From an uncultured Methanosarcinales archaeon (GTDB taxonomy: Archaea; Nanobdellota; Nanobdellia; Woesearchaeales; CAZZGN01): a DNA stretch of 34,327 nucleotides. The translations under genes were made by a program, and so were the position numbers. Every line of letters begins with the position of its first letter. Position 1 is the first letter of the stretch. The notes under the pieces were generated by a model. It was given only the letters and a program-made list of their open reading frames with translations, ran no database searches and had not been told where the DNA came from. The stretch lies in assembly GCA_964654165.1 (NCBI GenBank), contig CAZZGN010000003.1, forward strand, positions 1-34,327. Reading direction: 5' to 3'. This document shows, one piece after another, positions 8,520-15,855 of this stretch.

Positions 8520-9314
8520 GAAACACGTATCGTAGAAATCACATTGTCCAGTGGACCACTTGCATAATCCGGAGGGTTTTTTTTGATAATCTATTTTATC
8601 ATTAGTTTCTGTTGAAGCATGTATTTGTTCAATTTCAAATTTGGCTTCTTTGATAAGCGTTTCATCCGCATCTAGAAAAACTTCTTTATCTTTTAAGAAG
8701 AAAATTCCAACTTTATTAGGCATTTTATTGAAACGTTCAAAATATAATAATGTGTAAATAGATAATTGTAATTTATAAGCGTCAGTCATCTTTGATGATT
8801 TAGAAGTTTTATAGTCCATTATGTATGTTTTGCCATCCCTTTCTTCTATTGCATCAATAAAACCCATAACTTTGTACGTCTCTGATTGAAATTTTTCTTC
8901 TGTTAATGGTGTCAGTTTTTGAAATGCCTGTCTGTACTTTAAACCAGAGTCAATTAAAGGTTTTAATCTTTTAATTAAATGATCTGCAAAATTTAAGACC
9001 ATCATCATTGTTTCATCAAAATAAAAATTTAATTGTTCTTGAGTTAGTTTCAATTCGTCAAATTTAGCTTTGTTTTTTTGCCATGTATCAACTAAATGTT
9101 CTTGGAGAAAGTTTTTTATTTTTTCTTCGTAGTTTTCTTCGTCAATCTCTGCAATATCTTTCTCGAAGAATTCTTCTAATACTGTATGTGCGATATTACC
9201 TCTAATAAGGTGGATAGAAGGTGATGTAGGTAGTTTTTCTATATATTGATAATAATATTTTCTAGGACATTGTTTGTATGTGTTTATAGAACTTGGACTT
9301 TGTATTCTTCCCAT
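8505..9314 (-). CDS. PD-(D/E)XK nuclease, solo Cas4/RecB/AddB-like, with a probable 4Fe-4S staple
   Basis: SPSSINTYKQCP, G...H..LE, GFIDAI, IMDYKT, QLSIY, C-terminal CKW....CDFYDTC (1+3 Cys). Confidence 0.9.
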   Translation of the reverse strand: MGRIQSPSSINTYKQCPRKYYYQYIEKLPTSPSIHLIRGNIAHTVLEEFFEKDIAEIDEENYEEKIKNFLQEHLVDTWQKNKAKFDELKLTQEQLNFYFDETMMMVLNFADHLIKRLKPLIDSGLKYRQAFQKLTPLTEEKFQSETYKVMGFIDAIEERDGKTYIMDYKTSKSSKMTDAYKLQLSIYTLLYFERFNKMPNKVGIFFLKDKEVFLDADETLIKEAKFEIEQIHASTETNDKIDYQKKPSGLCKWSTGQCDFYDTCFSQNQ

Positions 9315-9362
9315 TTTATTTTCTTGGGTTAAGAGGTTGTATAAAAAAGTTGTTTATTTACG

Positions 9363-9803
9363 CTAATATCTTATTGTCGGTGGAGTGATTGAATAAGCTT
9401 TTTCTATATTTTTGATGATCGAACTTAAATCAGCTTTTTTAAACCCGTTGTAAATAAAATTGTATGTTATTAAAAATGGAGAGTGAAAGCTAATCTCGGG
9501 AGTTATGATATCAAATCTTGTAAGAGCGATTCTTCCAAGATTTATTGCAACGGCGGCTCCTGCAACCCCTAAACTAATTGTAAAAGCATTCATATCTGTA
9601 TATTCACTTATAGTTTTTGCAACTAAATCTCCACTCCAACCCATTCCCACTGTTATTCCTTGGGAAACAATTGTGACAAGGGAGCTTATTGTTGTTGTGA
9701 TTTTTGGATTGTATTTTGATTTTCTTTGTACTTTGGGAAGTTGCACGCCCACATAATAATGTGCCAAAAAGTTTTTCAATGTCAGCGGTCTGTATTCCTT
9801 CAT
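9363..9803 (-). CDS. Hypothetical membrane protein (146 aa)
   Basis: ORF with 2-3 hydrophobic segments, filling the gap between neighbouring genes. Confidence 0.6.
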   Translation of the reverse strand: MKEYRPLTLKNFLAHYYVGVQLPKVQRKSKYNPKITTTISSLVTIVSQGITVGMGWSGDLVAKTISEYTDMNAFTISLGVAGAAVAINLGRIALTRFDIITPEISFHSPFLITYNFIYNGFKKADLSSIIKNIEKAYSITPPTIRY

Positions 9804-9909
9804 ATAATAAGGAAATAATTAACCCCTATTTATATCTTTTACTACTAAATAATGCTCTTTGTCCGTTTTTTAGCAAGTTTTTTTATATAAGAGATTTTCC
9901 CGTTCTTAC

Positions 9910-10518
9910 ATGACAATTAAGGAAAATGTTATTAAGCTTAAGAAAGATGTATTTGTTCTTGCTGTAACAAAAAAAAGAACAGCAAATGAAATAAATGAAG
10001 CAATATCTTCAGGAGTAGATGCGATTGGAGAAAGTCAATTAAAGGAATTTCTTGATAAGAAGGATGATATTCTTCCATGTAAAAAACACTTCGTAGGCCA
10101 TATACAAAGCAATAAGGCGAAAAAGATTGTTGAAGAATTTGATGTCATTGAAGGTATAGATTCTTTTAAAATAGCAAAAGAAATAGATAATTCAGCAAGA
10201 AATTTGGGGAAATTGCAGGAAGTTTTTTTCCAAGTTAATATTGGCAGGGAAGACAGCAAATATGGTATGCTTTTAGAAGAAGCTAAGGAATTTTATGGAA
10301 AACTATTAAAATTTACAAATATAAAAGTTACAGGTATTATGTGTATTCCACCTTTTGATGAAGATCCAAGACCTTATTTTAGAAAAATGAAAGAATTATT
10401 TGATGAACTACCTGTAAAAAAGTTATCTATGGGTATGAGCGATGATTTTGAAATCGCAATAGAAGAAGGTGCGACGGAAATAAGAATTGGAAGGGCAATT
10501 TTTGGCGAGCGAATTTGA
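9910..10518 (+). CDS. yggS: YggS/PLPBP pyridoxal-phosphate homeostasis protein
   Basis: LAVTK (PLP Lys), HFVGHIQSNKAK, QVNIGREDSKYG, LSMGMSDDF..AIEEGAT.IRIGRAIFG. Confidence 0.95.
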   Translation: MTIKENVIKLKKDVFVLAVTKKRTANEINEAISSGVDAIGESQLKEFLDKKDDILPCKKHFVGHIQSNKAKKIVEEFDVIEGIDSFKIAKEIDNSARNLGKLQEVFFQVNIGREDSKYGMLLEEAKEFYGKLLKFTNIKVTGIMCIPPFDEDPRPYFRKMKELFDELPVKKLSMGMSDDFEIAIEEGATEIRIGRAIFGERI

Positions 10519-10566
10519 TTATAGGTAATAGAAATATTTTTATATTCTTAAGTAAAAAGTAGTTTT

Positions 10567-11049
10567 ATGAAGAAAGGATACGTAAAAACTGGCATTTATA
10601 TCGCTCTTATAGCCTTTTTGGGATATTTAACCTCATGTAAAGATCATGGTGATAAATCACAAAATTCAGAACAAACTACAAGTTCAATTGATTCGAAGTT
10701 TCAAAGTGATTACTTAATTCCTCATGATACACTTGTACACCTACCAAGAGATTTTAGAATATCTCTTGAAAGGTTTATCGATACGTACAATGAAGCTTCA
10801 GACTCTTTGGTACAAAATGGAGTTGTAATTGCACAACAGCTCTGGAATTCGACGGGAATAATAGGACATTATGTTTCAGATACTTCTAATTATGAAAAAA
10901 GACAGGAATATTATCAAAAAATATTGCCAGCATTCATTGCATTTGAAAACTTTAAAGCACAAATAAATGGAAATCAAGATTCTTTATTAACCGCTTATAA
11001 CCAATTTGATTCACTTACTCGGGGATTAAGACCCAAAGAATTAAAATAA
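10567..11049 (+). CDS. Putative lipoprotein (160 aa)
   Basis: MKKGYVKTGIYIALIAFLGYLTS-C lipobox-like signal, then a polar linker and a helical domain. Confidence 0.65.
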   Translation: MKKGYVKTGIYIALIAFLGYLTSCKDHGDKSQNSEQTTSSIDSKFQSDYLIPHDTLVHLPRDFRISLERFIDTYNEASDSLVQNGVVIAQQLWNSTGIIGHYVSDTSNYEKRQEYYQKILPAFIAFENFKAQINGNQDSLLTAYNQFDSLTRGLRPKELK

Positions 11050-11121
11050 GCCCCTGGGGAGAGTTGCACTCCCGACCTTCTGCTTACGAGGCAGACGCAA
11101 TAGCTACTATGCTACAAGGGC
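11049..11121 (-). tRNA. trnT: tRNA-Thr(CGT) with non-canonical D- and T-loops
   Basis: Reverse complement GCCCTTGTAGCATAGTAGCTATTGCGTCTGCCTCGTAAGCAGAAGGTCGGGAGTGCAACTCTCCCCAGGGGCT; anticodon arm TCTGC-CTCGTAA-GCAGA; U73 discriminator. Confidence 0.9.
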
Positions 11122-11122
11122 A

Positions 11123-11278
11123 TTATAACTTAGCAATGATGTCGTCTTTATTCTTCAAAGTCGATTGGCAGTCCTTGCAAACAATGTGCTTTTTCCCTTT
11201 CTTATTTTTTATATAAGTTCCCAAGGGTTTTTTTAGGAATGTCGTTTCGACCTTTTTAGAGCATATATCACATTTCAT
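11123..11278 (-). CDS. Small basic zinc-finger protein (51 aa)
   Basis: MKCDICSKKVETTFLKKPLGTYIKNKKGKKHIVCKDCQSTLKNKDDIIAKL*; two CxxC pairs; below the ORF-track cutoff. Confidence 0.8.
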   Translation of the reverse strand: MKCDICSKKVETTFLKKPLGTYIKNKKGKKHIVCKDCQSTLKNKDDIIAKL

Positions 11279-11371
11279 TTTTACTTGGAATGCAGTTTGT
11301 TTTAAAAGTTTAATTATTTGCTATATAGAAAATAAAAAAGATTTATATCTTAATTGTATTTAACAAGAAAA

Positions 11372-12838
11372 ATGTATGGAAAAAAATTCCCTCTTAGAAA
11401 GATAAATCCGAATAACCCTAATTATGAATGGTTGAATAAAAATTATCCTGGTCCTGTGCATTTAATTTTTATGCAGGGATTTTCGGCGGTTTCTCTTTCA
11501 AGTAAATATTACGATTTTGGTTTCAAATCTGGTTACTCTTTTCAAAATGATCTGGAATTTAACTGGCATTGGGACCTAAGGGAGCTTAGAAGAGTAAGAA
11601 AAATATTTTTGGATAAATCAAAAGATAATCTTGATTTTTTGAATAATTATTATTCAAATTGGGAAAAATTCTGTAATAAGAATATCAATGCTTATGAAAA
11701 AGCAGAAAAAATTAATTTTGCAGAATTATCAGATGATGAATTGTATGACCTTTATGAAGAATTGTATTCTGCAAATTCGGAGCAGGGTGCGCGTGGTTAT
11801 TTAGCTGATCTTTCTTTGACAGCTGGTAGGGAAGATTGGTTAGCTGAATTTATTAAGAATTATACAAATGATGTTGAAACATTAACATTGCCTGTAATCC
11901 CATCATATTCTAATGAGGAAGCAATATCATTGAGAAAAATATGGATTGAAATTGAAGATAGTTTTGAAAATTATGATGATTTTGTAGATTATTTGAAAAA
12001 AAGTGATTTGTGGAATAAATTAGAGAAACATGCATCTAGTTATTATTGGGTTGAGAATAGCTATTTTTCAAAAGTATTAGACGCAGATTATTTTGCGAAA
12101 AAATTATTTGAGATAAATGTTTTTCCTGATATTGAAAAAAAATTAAATGATAATAAAAAAAAGAAAGAAATTTTACTAAATAAAATTGGAGACAACTATC
12201 TTAAAAATATCATAAAATTATCAGAGTTATTAACCCATGTTCAAGATTATAGAAAAATGGTTGCAGTTAGATTTTCTCATTTTTTTTATAATTTTATTGA
12301 AGAATTTTCTAAAAGAACTGGTATTAAGAAAGAATTGTTTTATCATGCAGTTAATCCTGAGATGAAAGAGATTTTATCTGGAGATTTTGATTTATCAATT
12401 CTTGAGAAAAGAGCTGTTAAAAATTTCATATACATATTCCCAGAAGGATACATGATTTTTTCTGGTGATGAAGTTGATGAATATGTTAATAAATCTGATT
12501 TTATTGAAGATGTAAGCGGTGTGAATGAAGTAAAAGGAGTTCCAGCTTGTCATGGCATTGTTAGAGGAAATGTTAGATTGGTTTTTGATGCGCTGAATGA
12601 TAAGTTCAAAAAAGGAGAAATATTAGTAACTAACAATACAACACCTGATTTTGTTCCTTTGATGAAGAAAGCTGCTGCAATAGTTACTGAACAAGGTGGC
12701 ATAACAACACATGCTGCTATTGTTTCTAGAGAATTGGGTGTGCCTTGTGTTATTGGAACAAAGATAGCCACTCACGTTTTCAAAACTGGTGATAAAGTTG
12801 AAGTTGATGCGGATAAAGGAATAGTCAGAAAGATTTAA
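11372..12838 (+). CDS. PEP-utilising enzyme mobile (swivelling His) domain protein without ATP-grasp or TIM-barrel domains
   Basis: C-terminal GEILVT..TTPDFVPLM.KAAAIVTEQGGITTHAAIVSRELGVPCVIGT. ATG 11372 is preferred over TTG 11354 because TTTATATC at 11342-11349 lies 22 nt upstream. Confidence 0.85.
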   Translation: MYGKKFPLRKINPNNPNYEWLNKNYPGPVHLIFMQGFSAVSLSSKYYDFGFKSGYSFQNDLEFNWHWDLRELRRVRKIFLDKSKDNLDFLNNYYSNWEKFCNKNINAYEKAEKINFAELSDDELYDLYEELYSANSEQGARGYLADLSLTAGREDWLAEFIKNYTNDVETLTLPVIPSYSNEEAISLRKIWIEIEDSFENYDDFVDYLKKSDLWNKLEKHASSYYWVENSYFSKVLDADYFAKKLFEINVFPDIEKKLNDNKKKKEILLNKIGDNYLKNIIKLSELLTHVQDYRKMVAVRFSHFFYNFIEEFSKRTGIKKELFYHAVNPEMKEILSGDFDLSILEKRAVKNFIYIFPEGYMIFSGDEVDEYVNKSDFIEDVSGVNEVKGVPACHGIVRGNVRLVFDALNDKFKKGEILVTNNTTPDFVPLMKKAAAIVTEQGGITTHAAIVSRELGVPCVIGTKIATHVFKTGDKVEVDADKGIVRKI

Positions 12839-12863
12839 AAGTAGTTTATTTCTCCTTAAACTT

Positions 12864-13814
12864 ATGGAAGAACTATTAGAACGAGCTAACAAAGTATATT
12901 GGGAGAATTTTGATGGCGAAACGTATTTTGAGAGAGCCATATTCTTATCATGGTATTGTTCAATAGGTGATTGTAAATTCTGTTATATGTCAACACAGAA
13001 AAACAACGTAAAAGATCCTAAATTAGCAAAAAGAACTTTAGCATCCTTGTATGCAGAAGCAATAATAGCTAAACATCTAAATTGGAAAATCGGCTTCCTA
13101 TCTGGGGGTTATGGTGTTTATGATTATGAGCAGGTTGCAGAAGTTGCAAAGAATGTTATGAAAATAACTGGTTACAAGCAAATTTTGAATATAGGTGTAA
13201 TTCCTGAAGATAAACTTCCTTTATTTTCTCCTTACGTTGAAGGAATATGTGGAAGTGTGGAAACGGTTAACAAAGAATTACATACAAAAGTCTGTCCATC
13301 TAAACCTTTAGAACCAATTGAAAATATGTATTCTTATTGTGAAGGATATAAGAAAATAATGACTTTAATAATTGGTTTGGGTGAAACTTTAGATGATTTT
13401 CCTTTGCTTGTTAATTTCATTGAGAAAAATAAAATTGAAAAAATAGTTGTTTATGCTCTCAACCCGATACAGGGCACAGTGTTCAGTAAGGGACCAGAAC
13501 CAGATTATTATTTAGAATGGCTGGCTAAAATAAGAATTGCTTTTCCAAAATTAATAATTGTTGCAGGTGTTTGGACAAGTAGATTAGATTATCTTTCTTT
13601 AATGCTTAAAGCCGGAGCAAATCATATAACAAAATTGCCAGCTTGGAAAGTTATTGGAACTGATAAGGCTTTAAAGATTAAAGAGGAAATGGAAAAAGCC
13701 GGTAGAACTTTTGTTTCATCTTTTTCTGTTCCAAAAGCTGACTGGGAAAAAGAAGTTCAAGATTTAGATGATAAAGAAGTTATTCTTGAGAAGATTAATG
13801 AATATATAAAATAA
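12864..13814 (+). CDS. Radical SAM protein, BioB-like family, with a CX4CX2C motif
   Basis: WYCSIGDCKFCYM, FLSGG, VETVN..LH..VCPSK, IIGLGET, LNPIQGT, IRIAFP, AGAN. Confidence 0.85.
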   Translation: MEELLERANKVYWENFDGETYFERAIFLSWYCSIGDCKFCYMSTQKNNVKDPKLAKRTLASLYAEAIIAKHLNWKIGFLSGGYGVYDYEQVAEVAKNVMKITGYKQILNIGVIPEDKLPLFSPYVEGICGSVETVNKELHTKVCPSKPLEPIENMYSYCEGYKKIMTLIIGLGETLDDFPLLVNFIEKNKIEKIVVYALNPIQGTVFSKGPEPDYYLEWLAKIRIAFPKLIIVAGVWTSRLDYLSLMLKAGANHITKLPAWKVIGTDKALKIKEEMEKAGRTFVSSFSVPKADWEKEVQDLDDKEVILEKINEYIK

Positions 13815-13832
13815 GAGGAATTACTTCCTCTT
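13813..13832. terminator. Hairpin between convergent genes, possible terminator
   Basis: AAGAGGAA-TTAC-TTCCTCTT, a perfect 8-bp inverted repeat at the junction of two convergent stop codons. Confidence 0.35.
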
Positions 13833-13997
13833 TACAACAAAGTAATATATTATTGCAGTCAAGATGCTGAAAATTACAGCAGCTATTGTCCACAATACCT
13901 TGTGGCTTGTTTCCATTTTCTTTTGAGTTGTAAATATATCATAAATAACCCAAACTGCACAGATTAAGCCAACTATTCCCCAAATACCATAACCCAT
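13821..13997 (-). CDS. Small 2-TM protein, PLDc_N-like (58 aa)
   Basis: MGYGIWGIVGLICAVWVIYDIFTTQKKMETSHKVLWTIAAVIFSILTAIIYYFVVKRK*; W.IYD...K.LW....IYYF pattern; purine-rich SD GGGGGA upstream. Confidence 0.85.
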   Translation of the reverse strand: MGYGIWGIVGLICAVWVIYDIFTTQKKMETSHKVLWTIAAVIFSILTAIIYYFVVKRK

Positions 13998-14051
13998 ATT
14001 TATCCCCCCTTCAAATTAAATGGACTAATGATTTATATATTTTCTGGAGAA

Positions 14052-14576
14052 TTACAACAAAATAAGGATCCCTATAGCCCAAATCAAAGCTTCGAAAGCA
14101 ATTAAATATTTGTTTTTGAAATAATGTTTTGTCATGCTTCTGTACCCTTTCTTGTGAATATGGCGGGGATTGATGTTTCCATTATCTTTCTCTAGTTTTC
14201 TTAAACTATGTTCTTTTTTCGAAATGGGGTATAACAAAGGAATTCCAGAATATCTTCCTGTTATGAAATCTGATAATAAATGGCATTCTGTCGCAATGAA
14301 AAAAAGCAAAATTATTGGTAAGGAAATATATTTTGTCGGAACACCTACAACCAGTAACACTAAAGTTGCTAAAATCCAGAAGAAGGGGCTGTGTAACGGT
14401 GACGTATGGTGATTATGCATTTCTTTCTTTGACCACAATCCGCTTAAATCTGGTAGTAATGAGAAAAAAATGGCTAAGAGTATTAATTCTATGTTCATAG
14501 AAAAATAGTCAGGTCTTATGTAAGTCAATATTTTCAATATTATTATTCCCAAAAAACTATGTGATATTATATTCAT
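14052..14576 (-). CDS. YdjM-like membrane metal-dependent hydrolase
   Basis: N-terminal SH, LLPDL, H...LHS, HLLSD, GIPLLYP. Confidence 0.8.
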   Translation of the reverse strand: MNIISHSFLGIIILKILTYIRPDYFSMNIELILLAIFFSLLPDLSGLWSKKEMHNHHTSPLHSPFFWILATLVLLVVGVPTKYISLPIILLFFIATECHLLSDFITGRYSGIPLLYPISKKEHSLRKLEKDNGNINPRHIHKKGYRSMTKHYFKNKYLIAFEALIWAIGILILL

Positions 14577-15070
14577 TTTTTATAATGGTTTACAGTTTCC
14601 GTAAATCCCCATGGTTTAAGGTCTTCTTTTTTGTATCCGAGTTTTTCTGCTATTTCAATAATTGTTTTTTCATCTTCAGCTTCTATTTCTAATAAAGTCG
14701 GAACGTGTGAATATTCTTTAAGACTTGTATCAATTTCAACTTTTGCATTATCAAGTTTGTAAGTGATTCTTATTTTATAAAGTGTTATTTCTTCATCATA
14801 GCCAAGATTTATTAAAATTTTCTTCGTTTCTTCGAAATCCGAAATTTCAACTTCATATTCTTCTTTTATTTTTATATTTTCTTTCGAAATAGGCAATTTT
14901 AAAGTTAAATAAGATTTTCCACCCATCTTTCTCAATCTTAAAGTATTTTCATTTTTGAAAAAAGTGGAAATTACTTCCCCTTCAAATATCTTCTTCGCTC
15001 CTAAGTCTTCTAATTTTTTTATTATTTCTTCCTTATTTATATCAAGAATTTTGGCTTCAATTTCTTTCAT
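14573..15070 (-). CDS. CYTH-domain protein (class IV adenylate cyclase / triphosphate tunnel metalloenzyme)
   Basis: EIEAK (ExExK), LRLRK, LTLK, EYEV, K.R..Y, LEIEA. Confidence 0.9.
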   Translation of the reverse strand: MKEIEAKILDINKEEIIKKLEDLGAKKIFEGEVISTFFKNENTLRLRKMGGKSYLTLKLPISKENIKIKEEYEVEISDFEETKKILINLGYDEEITLYKIRITYKLDNAKVEIDTSLKEYSHVPTLLEIEAEDEKTIIEIAEKLGYKKEDLKPWGFTETVNHYKK

Positions 15071-15105
15071 ACCTTTTTCTTGTTTGGGATAATTTATATT
15101 ATTAT

Positions 15106-15121
15106 CGGAAAGGTTTAAATA
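15106..15121 (+). promoter_or_regulatory. BRE/TATA promoter of the HAD gene
   Basis: CGGAAAGG-TTTAAATA, 22 nt before ATG 15144. Confidence 0.65.
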
Positions 15122-15143
15122 CAGGTGTTTTTCTTCGCTAGTT

Positions 15144-15782
15144 ATGGTTAAACTGATATTCTTTGATATGGATGGGACTTTGTATGAAGGTAATACGTGG
15201 GATTCTGTAGCAAGAAGTTTAGGAAATCAATGTTATGAAGAAGAACAAAAAACTGTTGAGAAATGGAAGAATAATGAATATAAAGACTATATTGAATGGA
15301 TGGATGAAACAGTTAAAATTCATAAAAAATATGGTCTTACAAAGAAGAAATTTTTTGATATACTCAATTCTTTTGTATATCATGAAAATGTTGTAAACAC
15401 AGTAAAAGAATTAAAAAAAAGAGGGTATAAGATTGCTTTGATTTCTGGAGGTTTTATGGAAAAAGCCAAAATTGCCATAGAAGATATGGGATTTGATCAT
15501 GTATTTGCAGCTTGTGAATACATCTGGGATGAAGAAGGAAATATTGATGGGGCAAACTATACGGAATGTGATTATATTGGCAAAGTGCACCATATGCAAC
15601 ATATAATGGAAATCGAAAATTTAGAAAAAGAAGAGTGCGCTTTTGTTGGAGATGGACATAACGATGTTTTTTTAGCAAAGGCAGTGGGATTTTCTGTTGA
15701 TTTTAATGGGGTTCCGGAACTGAAGGAAGTGACTAATAAATCAATTGTGAAATTTGAAGAACTTCTTGAGATATTCAAATAA
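15144..15782 (+). CDS. HAD-IB family phosphatase (phosphoserine-phosphatase-like)
   Basis: FFDMDGTL, LISGGF, conserved K, VGDGHND. Confidence 0.9.
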   Translation: MVKLIFFDMDGTLYEGNTWDSVARSLGNQCYEEEQKTVEKWKNNEYKDYIEWMDETVKIHKKYGLTKKKFFDILNSFVYHENVVNTVKELKKRGYKIALISGGFMEKAKIAIEDMGFDHVFAACEYIWDEEGNIDGANYTECDYIGKVHHMQHIMEIENLEKEECAFVGDGHNDVFLAKAVGFSVDFNGVPELKEVTNKSIVKFEELLEIFK

Positions 15783-15855
15783 TTATTCATACCTCAAAGC
15801 AAACTCACTATCGTTCGTAGCTTTGAGAATACTCATCTCACTCGTACCTCAAGGC
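15783..15855 (-). repeat. Structured REP-like insertion with a duplicated gene 3' end
   Basis: GCCTTGAGGTACGAGTGA (15855-15838) and GCTTTGAGGTATGAATAA (15800-15783) both encode ALRYE*. Between them is the hairpin CTCAAAGC-TACGAACGATAGTGAGTTT-GCTTTGAG. Confidence 0.7.

Noticed and set aside
8505-9314. Cas4-like nuclease as evidence of a CRISPR-Cas locus
   Set aside because: No repeat-spacer array and no cas1, cas2 or effector genes in the window; solo Cas4/RecB-like nucleases are common in archaea.
10519-11121. Integrated element at the tRNA-Thr or tRNA-Arg 3' end
   Set aside because: No duplicated tRNA 3' fragment (att site) noticed and no integrase in the window.
11354-12838. Calling it PEP synthase or a rifampicin-resistance phosphotransferase
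   Set aside because: Only the mobile His domain is recognisable; the ATP-grasp domain needed for either activity is absent.
12864-13814. Biotin synthase (bioB)
   Set aside because: Only family-level similarity, atypical Cys spacing and no bio genes nearby.
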